A stretch of 64,000 bases of DNA from Candidatus Aenigmatarchaeota archaeon (GCA_026397315.1 JAPLVC010000004.1:79666-143665); one strand, 5' to 3'. Positions 19,959-29,229 are shown, numbered from the stretch's first letter. The notes: generated by a model not told the origin, from the letters alone. A program made the numbers and translations.

Positions 19959-22900
19959 ATGAACAAGAAAATGGTGGCTGTTTTCAGCGTGTTTTTGTTA
20001 GCGGGGGTTTTGGCGTTTTTTGTAACGAGCGTTAATTCGGAGGTATGCGAGGTATGCTCGGACGTGGAAAATACGTTCACCCTCGACGAGGTTGCGCTCG
20101 GCGCCACCAATACCATAACCCTGAAGGGCTACGAGAGCCACGGGCTCAAGTCGCTTTCAATAAGCTGCGAGCTCATTTGCGGCAGGCTGGGCGACTACTG
20201 CTGTTTCGACGTCTCCAAGAACAAGTGGAAATGCGCTTATGATTACCTCTATTGCAACCAGCCCAACGAGAACGGCAAATGTGTCGAGGACAAGATTCCG
20301 CCGTCCGTGGGCATAGTCGGTGTCCCATCGAGCGCAGTTTCGCCTCCGGGCGGCTCGTGCAGCGTTTATTCAGCAAGCGACGTGATTGCAAAGGTCGCTT
20401 GCACGGACGCTGAAACAGGCTGCGACAATTCGAACCTCCTGCTCGAGATAGATGAAGTCAAAAAAGCCTCGTGCCCGCAAAACGAGAACAGTTATTTTTC
20501 CGTATCAACGAGCGGCTACCTTGCCAACAGGCCGTATTACATCTGCGCCGCAGCGAAGGATCTTGCCGGAAACATAAACTACACCAAGACCCCAGTCCAG
20601 TTCTGCACCAGCACCGGCGAACCCATAAGGCCGTGGCTTTATGCTGAATCAGTAGGCGGCTCGATAATCAATCTCGTCTGGAGCCAGGCGGGCCTCAACT
20701 CGCCGAACTTCGACAGGTATGAACTGTATTATGAAAAGAACCCGCAGAAAGATAATTTCGACGTGAGCCCGCTTAACCTGAAAGCGACTATAAGGGAAGA
20801 AAAACTCGATAATTTTTACCAGGTGACCGGTCTCGAGAAAAACACCAAATACTGTTTCAGGGTCGTGGTCTTCGACAAGACCTCACCAAAAGCCCGCAAC
20901 ACCACATCTGACAGCCTTTGCCTGACGACCGTGGAATGCAACCCCGGCGAAAAGACGCAGTGCTTCACCAGGGACTGGACGACTTATTACGGCGACGAGG
21001 TCTACCTGCCATCAGGCAGTCCCTGCATTGCAGGCGAGGCCACGTGCGACGGCGGCTACTGGAGCGCCTGCATGAACCAGGTCGGACCGTTCGAAGAAAA
21101 GTGCAATAACATCGACGACGACTGTGACGGCATGACTGACATGGAGATTGATTATGTGGAATGGGGTTATGATTACGTGCCGCTGAAAAAACTATGCATA
21201 GGATTAGGCGAATGCGGCTACGGCTATGTGGAATGCCTGAACGGCCAGTGGCAGGGCGATGCCAAATGCAGCAGCTACTCGCTGGCTAAAACGGAGACAT
21301 GCAACGGCCTTGACGACGACTGTGACGGCGTTGTTGATGACGTGGGCGGCGGCAATTCCATCATTTCGACCCGCTGCGGCTGCTACAACATAAACAACGA
21401 CCCCACCGTGATGCCCAGCTCAGAAGTCTGCAACGGCATCGATGACGATTGTGACGGGACGATAGACAATGTCTTTGTCGGTTATTCCGCAACATCTTCC
21501 AGGTGCGCCTGCTACAACGGAGCAAAAACGCCAGGCCAGCAGCAGGAAACGTGCAATGAAATCGACGACGACTGTAACGGCGTCGTGGACGACGGCATGA
21601 CTGGCAGCGAGGGATGGCTTGTGAAGCTCGGCAGTGGATGGCCTGACTGGTCTGAATACTGCGGCACAGGGACGCCTTGCGACGGCGGCCACTGGGAATG
21701 CAACGCCGGCGGAACGGGCGTAGTGTGCTCCACCATAGGCGGCGGAGAGAATAAGGCAACGAACGAGACGTGCAACGGCATAGACGACGACTGCGACGGC
21801 AGCGTGGACGAGGGATGTGCCTGCTCGCCTCCCGGAAACTGGAGCACATGCGGCATCGACAAGGGAGAGTGCGCCCTTGGCCAGCGGCAATGCAGCAGCG
21901 AAGGCGTATGGGGCACGTGCATAGGGGACAAGAAACCAAAGACGGAAATATGCAACGGCAAGGATGACAACTGTAACGGCGTGACCGACGATGTTTATGG
22001 CGGCAATTCAGTAAATTCGACTCAATGCCGCTGCTACAACGGAGGGACGCCTTCTCAGGAATCCTGCAACGGCATAGACGACGACTGCGACGGCATCGTG
22101 GATGATGTAGTAACTGGCGGAAAGACAATCGCCGTGAATCGCTGCGGCTGCTACTTCAACGGCAGTTCTACGAGAGTCCTTCCAGGGCAAAATAAAGAAA
22201 TATGCGACGACGTGGACAACGACTGCAACGGCGTCGTGGACGACCCGTGGAGCGGGAACCTCGGCAAAGACTGCGGCTACGGCGCTTGTGCGGGCGGCAA
22301 AATCGTCTGCAAGACGACCGGTAATGACACTGTTTGTTCGACCAACAGTCCTTACGGCATAGGCAATTCCACTGATAAAAGGAGCGTGGAGACATGCAAC
22401 AGTCTCGACGACGACTGTGACGGCGTTGTTGATGACGTGGGCGGGAAACAGTCAGCCGCCGAAGCCCAGTGCGGCTGCTACGGCGGAGCGGCCAAAAAAG
22501 ACGAGTTCTGCAACAAGATAGACGACGACTGCGACGGAGGGATTGACGAAAACCTGCTGTGCGCATGCTTCGCCGGCCAGAAAAAGGCCTGCGGCTCGGC
22601 CATAGGAGAATGCGAACTGGGCGAGGCCGAATGCAGCGGCGGCGTATGGGGCACGTGCACGGGCGGCAAAAAGCCTGCGAAAGAAACGTGCAACATGAAA
22701 GACGACGACTGCGACGGCATTATAGACAATGTTAACAGCGGATATTCAGTCGAAGAGACTCAGTGCGGCTGCTACAACGGACGGAAACCAGCGGTTGAGA
22801 AGTGCGACGGCATAGACAACGACTGCAACGTCAAGACAGACGACAACATCGACTGTAGCTGTGATGAGGGCGACGAGATGCAATGCGGCTCGAACGTCGG

Positions 22901-23372
22901 CGAGTGCACGCCCGGCCTTAAGAAATGCATAAACGGCAGATGGGGCGAATGCAGCGGAGGCGTGCTGCCCAAGAAGGAAGCGTGCAACGGCATCGACGAC
23001 GACTGCAACGGCGTCATAGACGACGTGAACGGCGGCAACTCGGTCGGCTCTTCAAAATGCGCATGTTATAACAAGTTCTCCGTGCCAAACACGCAGGAAG
23101 AAGTGGCCAACGGCATAGACGACGACTGTGATGGAGCGATAGACGAGGGATATTCAAATGAACCCAGCCACTGCCAGAACGGCTTCAAGGACGGGGATGA
23201 GCAAGGCGTCGACTGCGGCGGCTCGTGCAGGAAGATGTGCGCCCAGCCGATTCCCATGAATACTTGGATACTCATATTCGCCGTCATTGCGGGCGTGATA
23301 GCGGTCTTCGGTATATTCATAAGTTCTTTCTGGAAGAAAGAGACGAAGTCGCTGTTCGAAAGAGTTAAATGA
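19959..23372 (+). CDS. Membrane-anchored Cys-rich surface protein with an FN3-like domain and about 14 MopE-like repeats
   Basis: Signal peptide; INLVWSQ...YQVTGLEKNTKYCFRV; repeats; QGVDCGGSC plus C-terminal TM. Confidence 0.85.
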   Translation: MNKKMVAVFSVFLLAGVLAFFVTSVNSEVCEVCSDVENTFTLDEVALGATNTITLKGYESHGLKSLSISCELICGRLGDYCCFDVSKNKWKCAYDYLYCNQPNENGKCVEDKIPPSVGIVGVPSSAVSPPGGSCSVYSASDVIAKVACTDAETGCDNSNLLLEIDEVKKASCPQNENSYFSVSTSGYLANRPYYICAAAKDLAGNINYTKTPVQFCTSTGEPIRPWLYAESVGGSIINLVWSQAGLNSPNFDRYELYYEKNPQKDNFDVSPLNLKATIREEKLDNFYQVTGLEKNTKYCFRVVVFDKTSPKARNTTSDSLCLTTVECNPGEKTQCFTRDWTTYYGDEVYLPSGSPCIAGEATCDGGYWSACMNQVGPFEEKCNNIDDDCDGMTDMEIDYVEWGYDYVPLKKLCIGLGECGYGYVECLNGQWQGDAKCSSYSLAKTETCNGLDDDCDGVVDDVGGGNSIISTRCGCYNINNDPTVMPSSEVCNGIDDDCDGTIDNVFVGYSATSSRCACYNGAKTPGQQQETCNEIDDDCNGVVDDGMTGSEGWLVKLGSGWPDWSEYCGTGTPCDGGHWECNAGGTGVVCSTIGGGENKATNETCNGIDDDCDGSVDEGCACSPPGNWSTCGIDKGECALGQRQCSSEGVWGTCIGDKKPKTEICNGKDDNCNGVTDDVYGGNSVNSTQCRCYNGGTPSQESCNGIDDDCDGIVDDVVTGGKTIAVNRCGCYFNGSSTRVLPGQNKEICDDVDNDCNGVVDDPWSGNLGKDCGYGACAGGKIVCKTTGNDTVCSTNSPYGIGNSTDKRSVETCNSLDDDCDGVVDDVGGKQSAAEAQCGCYGGAAKKDEFCNKIDDDCDGGIDENLLCACFAGQKKACGSAIGECELGEAECSGGVWGTCTGGKKPAKETCNMKDDDCDGIIDNVNSGYSVEETQCGCYNGRKPAVEKCDGIDNDCNVKTDDNIDCSCDEGDEMQCGSNVGECTPGLKKCINGRWGECSGGVLPKKEACNGIDDDCNGVIDDVNGGNSVGSSKCACYNKFSVPNTQEEVANGIDDDCDGAIDEGYSNEPSHCQNGFKDGDEQGVDCGGSCRKMCAQPIPMNTWILIFAVIAGVIAVFGIFISSFWKKETKSLFERVK

Positions 23373-24571
23373 TCGCACAGGCGCGCGAGGGTTTGAAAAG
23401 CATGAAAAGGGATAGAGTCTTAGCTTGGTCTTTCATTTTAATCACAGCTGCGGCTGCAGCTTTGCTCACAACCGCTTTAATGCCCGCGAATTCCAGGGCA
23501 AGCGCAACGACGACCATAGACAAGACCTTCACATGTTCTGACGGCTTCACTTCAGGCTGTTTCAAGACAGGATGCATGGCCGAGAGACAGCTCAAGATGA
23601 GCAATAACCAATACACTCTTGCTTTCACCGCGCCGAAGGCTGGTGATTACATGTGCACGATAACAGCGGTGACCAATCACTTTGATTTCCCTGAAGGGGG
23701 GTCTGAGACCAGCGAGGTGACGGACGTCTCGCTTAACGGCATCAAGATAGGCTCGACCGTGGACAGCTGGTGCCCGCCTGGCGGGACTACCAATCCTCCG
23801 ATGCCCAAATGCGACCTGAATATCGAATGCTGTGGTCCAAGGGCATCGACACTCGATTGTAACAGATATCCTGAGAGCAGTGTGAGCTGCACGGAGCCGA
23901 AGCTCCTTTGCGACGATGACCCGATGAGCTTAGCCGCTATTACTAGCAGCGGCAAGGAAATAACCATGAGCCTCGAGAACTGCAAGCCCGGTGCCGTGGC
24001 TTTCGTAAGGCAAGGCAATTTCAAACCCCGCTGCCAGAACTGGCAGTTCACCACGGGCAGTGGCATCCGCTGCCCGGTAAGCGATTCCATAACCGGCGGC
24101 AAGCTGATAGCGACTTATGACTGCAGCAAAACGCGCAATTACAACATCAATCTGGATTTCCTTGTAGTCGGTAAAAGTTATACCTTGGGTGTTTGGGCTC
24201 CGTTCACGGCAACTGGCTGGAGCAGCATCAACGTCTGCGCGACAGGCATTTCTCCTTATTATTCTGAAACAAAGACCGACACGGGCGACGGCATATGCAT
24301 GGGCGTCACGCCGCCAGTTAACTGCGGCAACGGGGTGATAGACGCAGGCGAGGAGTGCGACGGCAGCAACCTTAACGGCAAAACGTGCGCCAGCTTCGGA
24401 TATGATGCAGGCACGCTCGCCTGCAGTAGCAGTTGCAAGTTTGACAAATCAGACTGCCTCGAATGCAAGCGTCAAGACGAAATATGCAGCATAGGGGAAC
24501 ACGACTGCTGCCCTGGTCTTGTGTGCACAAAATCAGGCTCACGTAATTATTGCATGGCTGAAGTCGAATGA
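23369..24571 (+). CDS. Secreted Cys-rich protein, paralogue B
   Basis: Signal peptide; same N-module as A; CGNGVIDAGEECDGSNLNGKTCASFGY repeat; C-terminal knottin-like motif; ATGA overlap with the upstream gene. Confidence 0.8.
   Translation: MIAQAREGLKSMKRDRVLAWSFILITAAAAALLTTALMPANSRASATTTIDKTFTCSDGFTSGCFKTGCMAERQLKMSNNQYTLAFTAPKAGDYMCTITAVTNHFDFPEGGSETSEVTDVSLNGIKIGSTVDSWCPPGGTTNPPMPKCDLNIECCGPRASTLDCNRYPESSVSCTEPKLLCDDDPMSLAAITSSGKEITMSLENCKPGAVAFVRQGNFKPRCQNWQFTTGSGIRCPVSDSITGGKLIATYDCSKTRNYNINLDFLVVGKSYTLGVWAPFTATGWSSINVCATGISPYYSETKTDTGDGICMGVTPPVNCGNGVIDAGEECDGSNLNGKTCASFGYDAGTLACSSSCKFDKSDCLECKRQDEICSIGEHDCCPGLVCTKSGSRNYCMAEVE
23713..23774 (+). repeat. 62-nt direct repeat, copy 2
   Basis: Matches 18927-18988 with one mismatch. 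Confidence 0.95.
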
Positions 24572-24604
24572 TACTGTGGCAACGACGTATTACGGTTAAA
24601 TAAA

Positions 24605-25099
24605 TCAAGGCAGCCTGATATCGGAAAGCAGCGTCATATATCTGTCCAAGCGCTTTATTTCCTTTTCTAGCATTTCTATCGCCCTGAGGACGTCTTTCTT
24701 GTCCTCGCCGTGCATATCCCTTAGCTGCGATTTAGCGTTCTCGAAGTCCGCCAGCGAGCCCGATATGCCTTTCTTCACGCGCATTAGAAATATCTTCTTG
24801 AGCGACTCGAGCAGGTTGCCGTTCAGCTCGATGTAAAGCCTGCGATCCTGCGACTTCTTCACTTTCCTGACTATGCCCAGTACTTCAAGGAAGTCCATGC
24901 TCAGGGAAATCATGGATATCGAATAGCCCGTCTTACTGGCAATGTCCTGGAGCGACATGGAGCCGCCGCCTATGATGAGTGCCCCTATTATATTGCCATG
25001 TATTGGGGAGAAACCGATAGACTTCGCCAGCTCGGAGAACGTTTCCAGGATCTTCTTTTCCACGTCCTGGACGCCTTTGCCTGCATCGTGCTCTTCCAT
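24605..25099 (-). CDS. GbsR/MarR-family wHTH transcriptional regulator
   Basis: GFSPIHGNIIGAL...MSLQDIASKTGYSISMISLSMDFL...RRLY, then a helical C-terminus. Confidence 0.8.
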   Translation of the reverse strand: MEEHDAGKGVQDVEKKILETFSELAKSIGFSPIHGNIIGALIIGGGSMSLQDIASKTGYSISMISLSMDFLEVLGIVRKVKKSQDRRLYIELNGNLLESLKKIFLMRVKKGISGSLADFENAKSQLRDMHGEDKKDVLRAIEMLEKEIKRLDRYMTLLSDIRLP

Positions 25100-25155
25100 G
25101 CGCTATCAACCTGACAGGGTAAAATTTATAAACCCTTTGATTTAATTAATACTTG

Positions 25156-25188
25156 AACATTTAAAAGTTTTTAAAAGTTTAAAATGTT
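25156..25188. promoter_or_regulatory. Candidate operator between the divergent regulator and tes
   Basis: AACATTT...AAATGTT inverted ends overlapping/enclosing tandem TTAAAAGTTT x2. Confidence 0.4.
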
Positions 25189-25216
25189 AACAGAAGCTGC
25201 TATCTGATGTGATGGA

Positions 25217-26869
25217 ATGAAGAGAAAAGCCGGGAAAACCGTGACGCAGAAAAATAAAACAGAATCGCTAGCGAACGCCTCCAGCGGTTACGCAGGCGAG
25301 CTTCCACACAAAACGTCGTCAATATGCCCGGATTGCCTTAAAATTCTGCCGGCTCTCGTTTTCGAGGAGGGCGGCAAGGTCTGGATAGAGAAGACGTGTC
25401 CGAAGCACGGCAAGTTCCGCGAGATATACTGGAGCTCCGCCGAGATGTACAGGAAATCGAGGAAGTTCGCTTACGACGGGCATTCCATGGAAAACCCTAA
25501 CGTAACCAAGGAAAACCCGACCTGCCCCAAAGACTGCGGCATCTGCTCGCTCCACAAGTCGCAGACGGCGCTGGCGAATCTCGTTGTCACGAACCGCTGC
25601 GATCTCAATTGCTGGTACTGTTTCTTCTTCGCGCAGAAGGCCGGCTATGTCTATGAGCCTTCCTTAGATGACCTGAGAAAGGCCGTGAAGCTCATGACCC
25701 GGCAGAAACCCGTTCCAGGCAACGCGGTGCAGCTTACCGGAGGCAATCCCGAGCTCAGGGAGGACATACTGGACATAATAAAGATGATAAGAGACGAGGG
25801 AGTGGATCACATCCAGCTCAACATGAACGGCACGCACAAGTTCTGGAACGACCCGGAATGGACCATGAAAGTCAGGGAAGCGGGCGTGAATACAGTTTAC
25901 CTGTCGTTCGACGGCGTCACGCCCAAGAGCAACCCGAAGAACCATTACGAAATCCCGAACATGCTTCAGAACTCGAGGAAAGCCGGCATGGGCATAATAC
26001 TCGTTCCCACCATAATCAAGTCCGTCAACGACAACGAAGTCGGCGACATACTGCGCTTCGGCTTCAGGAACATGGACGTCGTGCGCGGAGTCAATTACCA
26101 GCCAGTTTCGCTGGTCGGCCGCATGCCCCGCAAGGAGCGCGATAAGTTCAGGGTAACCATTCCAGACGTCATACAAAGGATGGAAGAGCAGACGGATGGC
26201 CAGATAGTCAAGGAGGACTTCTACCCGGTCCCGACCGTGAAGGCGATAACAGATTTCGTCGAGGCGCTTACTAAAAAGCCGCAATACTCGCTTTCGACCC
26301 ACTTCGCCTGCGGCATGGCCACATACGTGTTCGAGAACGAAGGCAGAATGCTGCCCATCACACGATTCGTCGACGTCGAAGGATTACTGGAATACATCGA
26401 GGAGCAGGCCGGCGAACTGAACAAGGGACGGAGCAGATACATAATCGGCACCAAGATGCTGTTCAAGATGAATTCGTTCATCGACGGCAAACGCGCGCCG
26501 AAAGGCTTCTCGCTCGGCAACATGTTATACAACGCGCTGATGAAGCACGACTACCGTGCGCTTGGAGCGTTCCACCACAAATCGCTTTTCATCGGCATGA
26601 TGCACTTCATGGATTTGATGAACTACGACATAGAAAGGGTAAAGAGATGTTGTATTCATTATTTGACACCCGAAGCGGTGATACCTTTCTGTGCGTTTAA
26701 TGTTATACCGGAGATGTACAGAGACAAAGTTCAGAATAAATATGCTATTTCTTTTAAAGAATGGGAAAAAATGACAGGCAAAACTCTTAAAAATGATTTA
26801 TACAAAAGAGATATTGAAAAAATTAAAAATACGGACTTGTACAGGAAAACCTACGAAGGCTTCTTGTAA
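25217..26869 (+). CDS. tes: Radical SAM tetraether lipid synthase (Tes/GDGT-MAS, MJ0619-like)
   Basis: N-terminal CPDC...CPKHG, CPKDCGICSLH, VTNRCDLNCWYCF, QPVSLVGR, HFACG, C-terminal RCCIHY...IPFCAFN. Confidence 0.85.
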   Translation: MKRKAGKTVTQKNKTESLANASSGYAGELPHKTSSICPDCLKILPALVFEEGGKVWIEKTCPKHGKFREIYWSSAEMYRKSRKFAYDGHSMENPNVTKENPTCPKDCGICSLHKSQTALANLVVTNRCDLNCWYCFFFAQKAGYVYEPSLDDLRKAVKLMTRQKPVPGNAVQLTGGNPELREDILDIIKMIRDEGVDHIQLNMNGTHKFWNDPEWTMKVREAGVNTVYLSFDGVTPKSNPKNHYEIPNMLQNSRKAGMGIILVPTIIKSVNDNEVGDILRFGFRNMDVVRGVNYQPVSLVGRMPRKERDKFRVTIPDVIQRMEEQTDGQIVKEDFYPVPTVKAITDFVEALTKKPQYSLSTHFACGMATYVFENEGRMLPITRFVDVEGLLEYIEEQAGELNKGRSRYIIGTKMLFKMNSFIDGKRAPKGFSLGNMLYNALMKHDYRALGAFHHKSLFIGMMHFMDLMNYDIERVKRCCIHYLTPEAVIPFCAFNVIPEMYRDKVQNKYAISFKEWEKMTGKTLKNDLYKRDIEKIKNTDLYRKTYEGFL

Positions 26870-27753
26870 GAATTTAGAATTTCTTCTAATTTTTCTGATC
26901 TCTTGGGATGTTTGAAACCGACAAGTCTTTGAAATTTTTCTATTTCATCTCTTCCTGTAATATTTATGTAATACATATCATTCTTATTTTTTATGACAGA
27001 GTTTCTTATTTCTAACTCTTTGAGAATCTCTGAAATACCTTCTGCCATTTTTCTGCTGGACGTGGCATAGTTTACAATTCTGAGGCCTTGTCTTTTAGTG
27101 TAAGCAACAGAACCATCTCCATCGAAACAACCACGCAAAAAGCATTTCTTGATTTCTATTGACGATTTTTTTATTTTTTCAGGCACTTTCACTATATCAA
27201 ATTTTTTACCCTTTGGAATTCCTAATTCATGAAAAATAGTTGATATGGTTTTGTTTTTTACATAAACCTGCATTTCATTTTTTTGATATATGTAAAAATT
27301 CTTATGGTTAAAAATTTTCTCTATGTTTTCCATGAAAATTGATCTTAGATGTTTTTGATTGTTTACAAATTCTACCCAAGCCAAGTTTTTGTCTATATGA
27401 CCATCTGTTATTATCAATCCCATTAAATATGCCAGGTTCCCATCGATAGCAATGGGCAAACTTCTTTTAACAGGCAAACTTCCCTGCGCCGAGCCTATTC
27501 TAATGACTTTTACTTCTATCAATCGCGTGTCCATTTTAACACTCTCGTTTATTTTCAAAAGTGTTTTTACAGGTATCAAAAACTTACCGTTAAACCACCT
27601 GCTTACTGTGAATTGCCCTACTCCCAGATAACCAGCGAGCTTGTATTGGCTGCCAAAACTTACCAGTGCTTTGTTGAAAAACTCTTTTCTGAAGTTTTCT
27701 TCAAGCTCGACAGAAAGTTCGCTAATTTCATATAAATTTAAGCAGTTTTCCAT
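26851..27753 (-). mobile_element. Free-standing LAGLIDADG (intein DOD-type) homing endonuclease gene with an N-terminal HTH
   Basis: LAYLMGLIITDGHI and FLRGCFDGDGSV motifs, HTH YKLAGYLGVGQFTVSRW, markedly AT-rich, TTTATAT about 25 nt upstream of ATG 27753, no intein splicing motifs. Confidence 0.9.
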
Positions 27754-27796
27754 GATATTATATGCACTTTTAGGACATATAAACAATTTTCAACAT

Positions 27797-27856
27797 GACA
27801 TAGAAAGCATCAAGAAAAGCGAAGTCTACAAAAAGACTTACGAAGGGTTCGTTTGA
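27797..27856 (+). pseudogene. Stranded duplicate of the last 20 codons of tes
   Basis: DIESIKKSEVYKKTYEGFV* versus the tes end DIEKIKNTDLYRKTYEGFL* (26810-26869). Confidence 0.9.
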
Positions 27857-27914
27857 CCTGATTAGGCATACTGAATAAATATTATAAACCACCTCAACCA
27901 AAATTCTATTTACC

Positions 27915-28487
27915 ATGAAAATAATCACTCTCAAAGCCGCGCTCAAGGACATGAACCGCGTCAATCTCGCTAAGGCGATACGCGAGGGAGCGATTCTCGT
28001 TTATCCCACGGACACGCTCTATGGCATCGGCTGCAACGCGCTGATTAAGGCGAGCGTCGAGAAAATCGCCCGCGCGAAGGGCCGCGAGCCCGGCAAACCG
28101 TTTTCTGTCATAGCGCCGTCGAAAGAGTGGATAACCGAGAACACGCGCATAGACGAGAACAACGCGAAATTCGTCGACAGCCTCCTGCCCGGGCCTTACA
28201 CTGTCATATTGAAGGTGAAGAAAGACATACCGCTGGTAAGCGGCGACGGCAAGCTGGGCGTGCGCATACCCAAGAACGAGTTCTGCGACTTCATCCGCTC
28301 GCAGGGAGTGCCTTTCGTCACGACGTCCGTCAACCTCGCCACGACCGGTCCCATCGCTTCCATCAAGGAGATGCCGGAGTCGCTAGTAAGCGCCGTGGAC
28401 TATGCGATAGACGCGGGCGAGCTGAAAGGCGACTCTTCCAGGATTTTCGACATCAGTGGCAAGGACATGCAGATAATCCGCTGGTAA
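27915..28487 (+). CDS. tsaC: L-threonylcarbamoyladenylate synthase (YrdC/TsaC, single domain)
   Basis: YPTDTLYGIGC, KGREPGKP, LPGPYT, TTSVN. Confidence 0.9.
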   Translation: MKIITLKAALKDMNRVNLAKAIREGAILVYPTDTLYGIGCNALIKASVEKIARAKGREPGKPFSVIAPSKEWITENTRIDENNAKFVDSLLPGPYTVILKVKKDIPLVSGDGKLGVRIPKNEFCDFIRSQGVPFVTTSVNLATTGPIASIKEMPESLVSAVDYAIDAGELKGDSSRIFDISGKDMQIIRW

Positions 28488-28524
28488 CATGAACCCGGAC
28501 TTTCCCTTGAGTGAGAGATAAACC

Positions 28525-29229
28525 ATGAAAAGCGAAGGAATAATCAAAAAGCTGAAGTCGATGCACAACCCTAAGAACATAGAGGGCATGGCGCGCTTTG
28601 GCATCAGTTCTGAGAACACGCTGGGCGTTTCCATGCCAGTCATCAGGAAGATGGGCAGGGAGATAGGCAAAAACCATGAACTGGCGAACGAGCTCTGGGC
28701 TTCCGGCATCCACGAGGCGCGCATACTCGCAGGTCTTATAGCGGATCCCATGTTCCTCACCAAGAAACAGATGGACGAGTGGGCGGAAGAATTCGACTCG
28801 TGGGACGTGTGCGACCAGGTGTGCATGAACCTCTTCGACCGCACGCCGTTCGCCTACGCAAAAGCGAAGGAATGGACCGGGAGAAACGAGGAGTTTGTGA
28901 AACGCGCCGGCTTCGCCCTGATGGCTTCTCTGGCAGTCCATGACAAAAACGCCAGCGACGACGCGTTCATAACACTGCTGCCGCTAATACAACGCGAGTC
29001 AAGGGACGAGCGCAACTTCGTGAAAAAAGCGGTGAACTGGGCGCTCCGCCAGATAGGCAAACGAAATCTCGCGCTGAACAGGGAGGCCGTAAAAACCGCG
29101 AAAGAAATTGCCAAAATCGACTCCAGGGCCGCGCAGTGGATAGCGCAGGATGCGCTGCGCGAACTGACCGACAAAAAAACGCTAGCGAGGACAAAAGAAA
29201 GAGGCGCGAAAATGCGAGTAAAAAGATAA
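28525..29229 (+). CDS. AlkD-like DNA alkylation repair protein
   Basis: FDSWDVCD, EFVKRAG, DERNFVKKAVNWALRQIGKRN. Confidence 0.9.
   Translation: MKSEGIIKKLKSMHNPKNIEGMARFGISSENTLGVSMPVIRKMGREIGKNHELANELWASGIHEARILAGLIADPMFLTKKQMDEWAEEFDSWDVCDQVCMNLFDRTPFAYAKAKEWTGRNEEFVKRAGFALMASLAVHDKNASDDAFITLLPLIQRESRDERNFVKKAVNWALRQIGKRNLALNREAVKTAKEIAKIDSRAAQWIAQDALRELTDKKTLARTKERGAKMRVKR

Noticed and set aside
13530-23160. Recurring TGCAACGGC...GACGACGACTGC nucleotide repeats as a CRISPR array
   Set aside because: Degenerate, in-frame protein repeats with irregular spacing; no cas genes.
18927-23774. Diversity-generating retroelement template/variable repeat pair
   Set aside because: Only one mismatch, both copies are coding, and no reverse transcriptase is in the window.
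24569-24600. Selenocysteine or recoded TGA read-through in paralogue B
   Set aside because: Downstream similarity decays after about four codons, paralogue A is stopped by TAA and TAG, and TGA is used as a normal stop elsewhere.
26851-27753. Intein or intron within tes
   Set aside because: The endonuclease is on the opposite strand, lies almost entirely beyond the tes stop, and has no splicing motifs.
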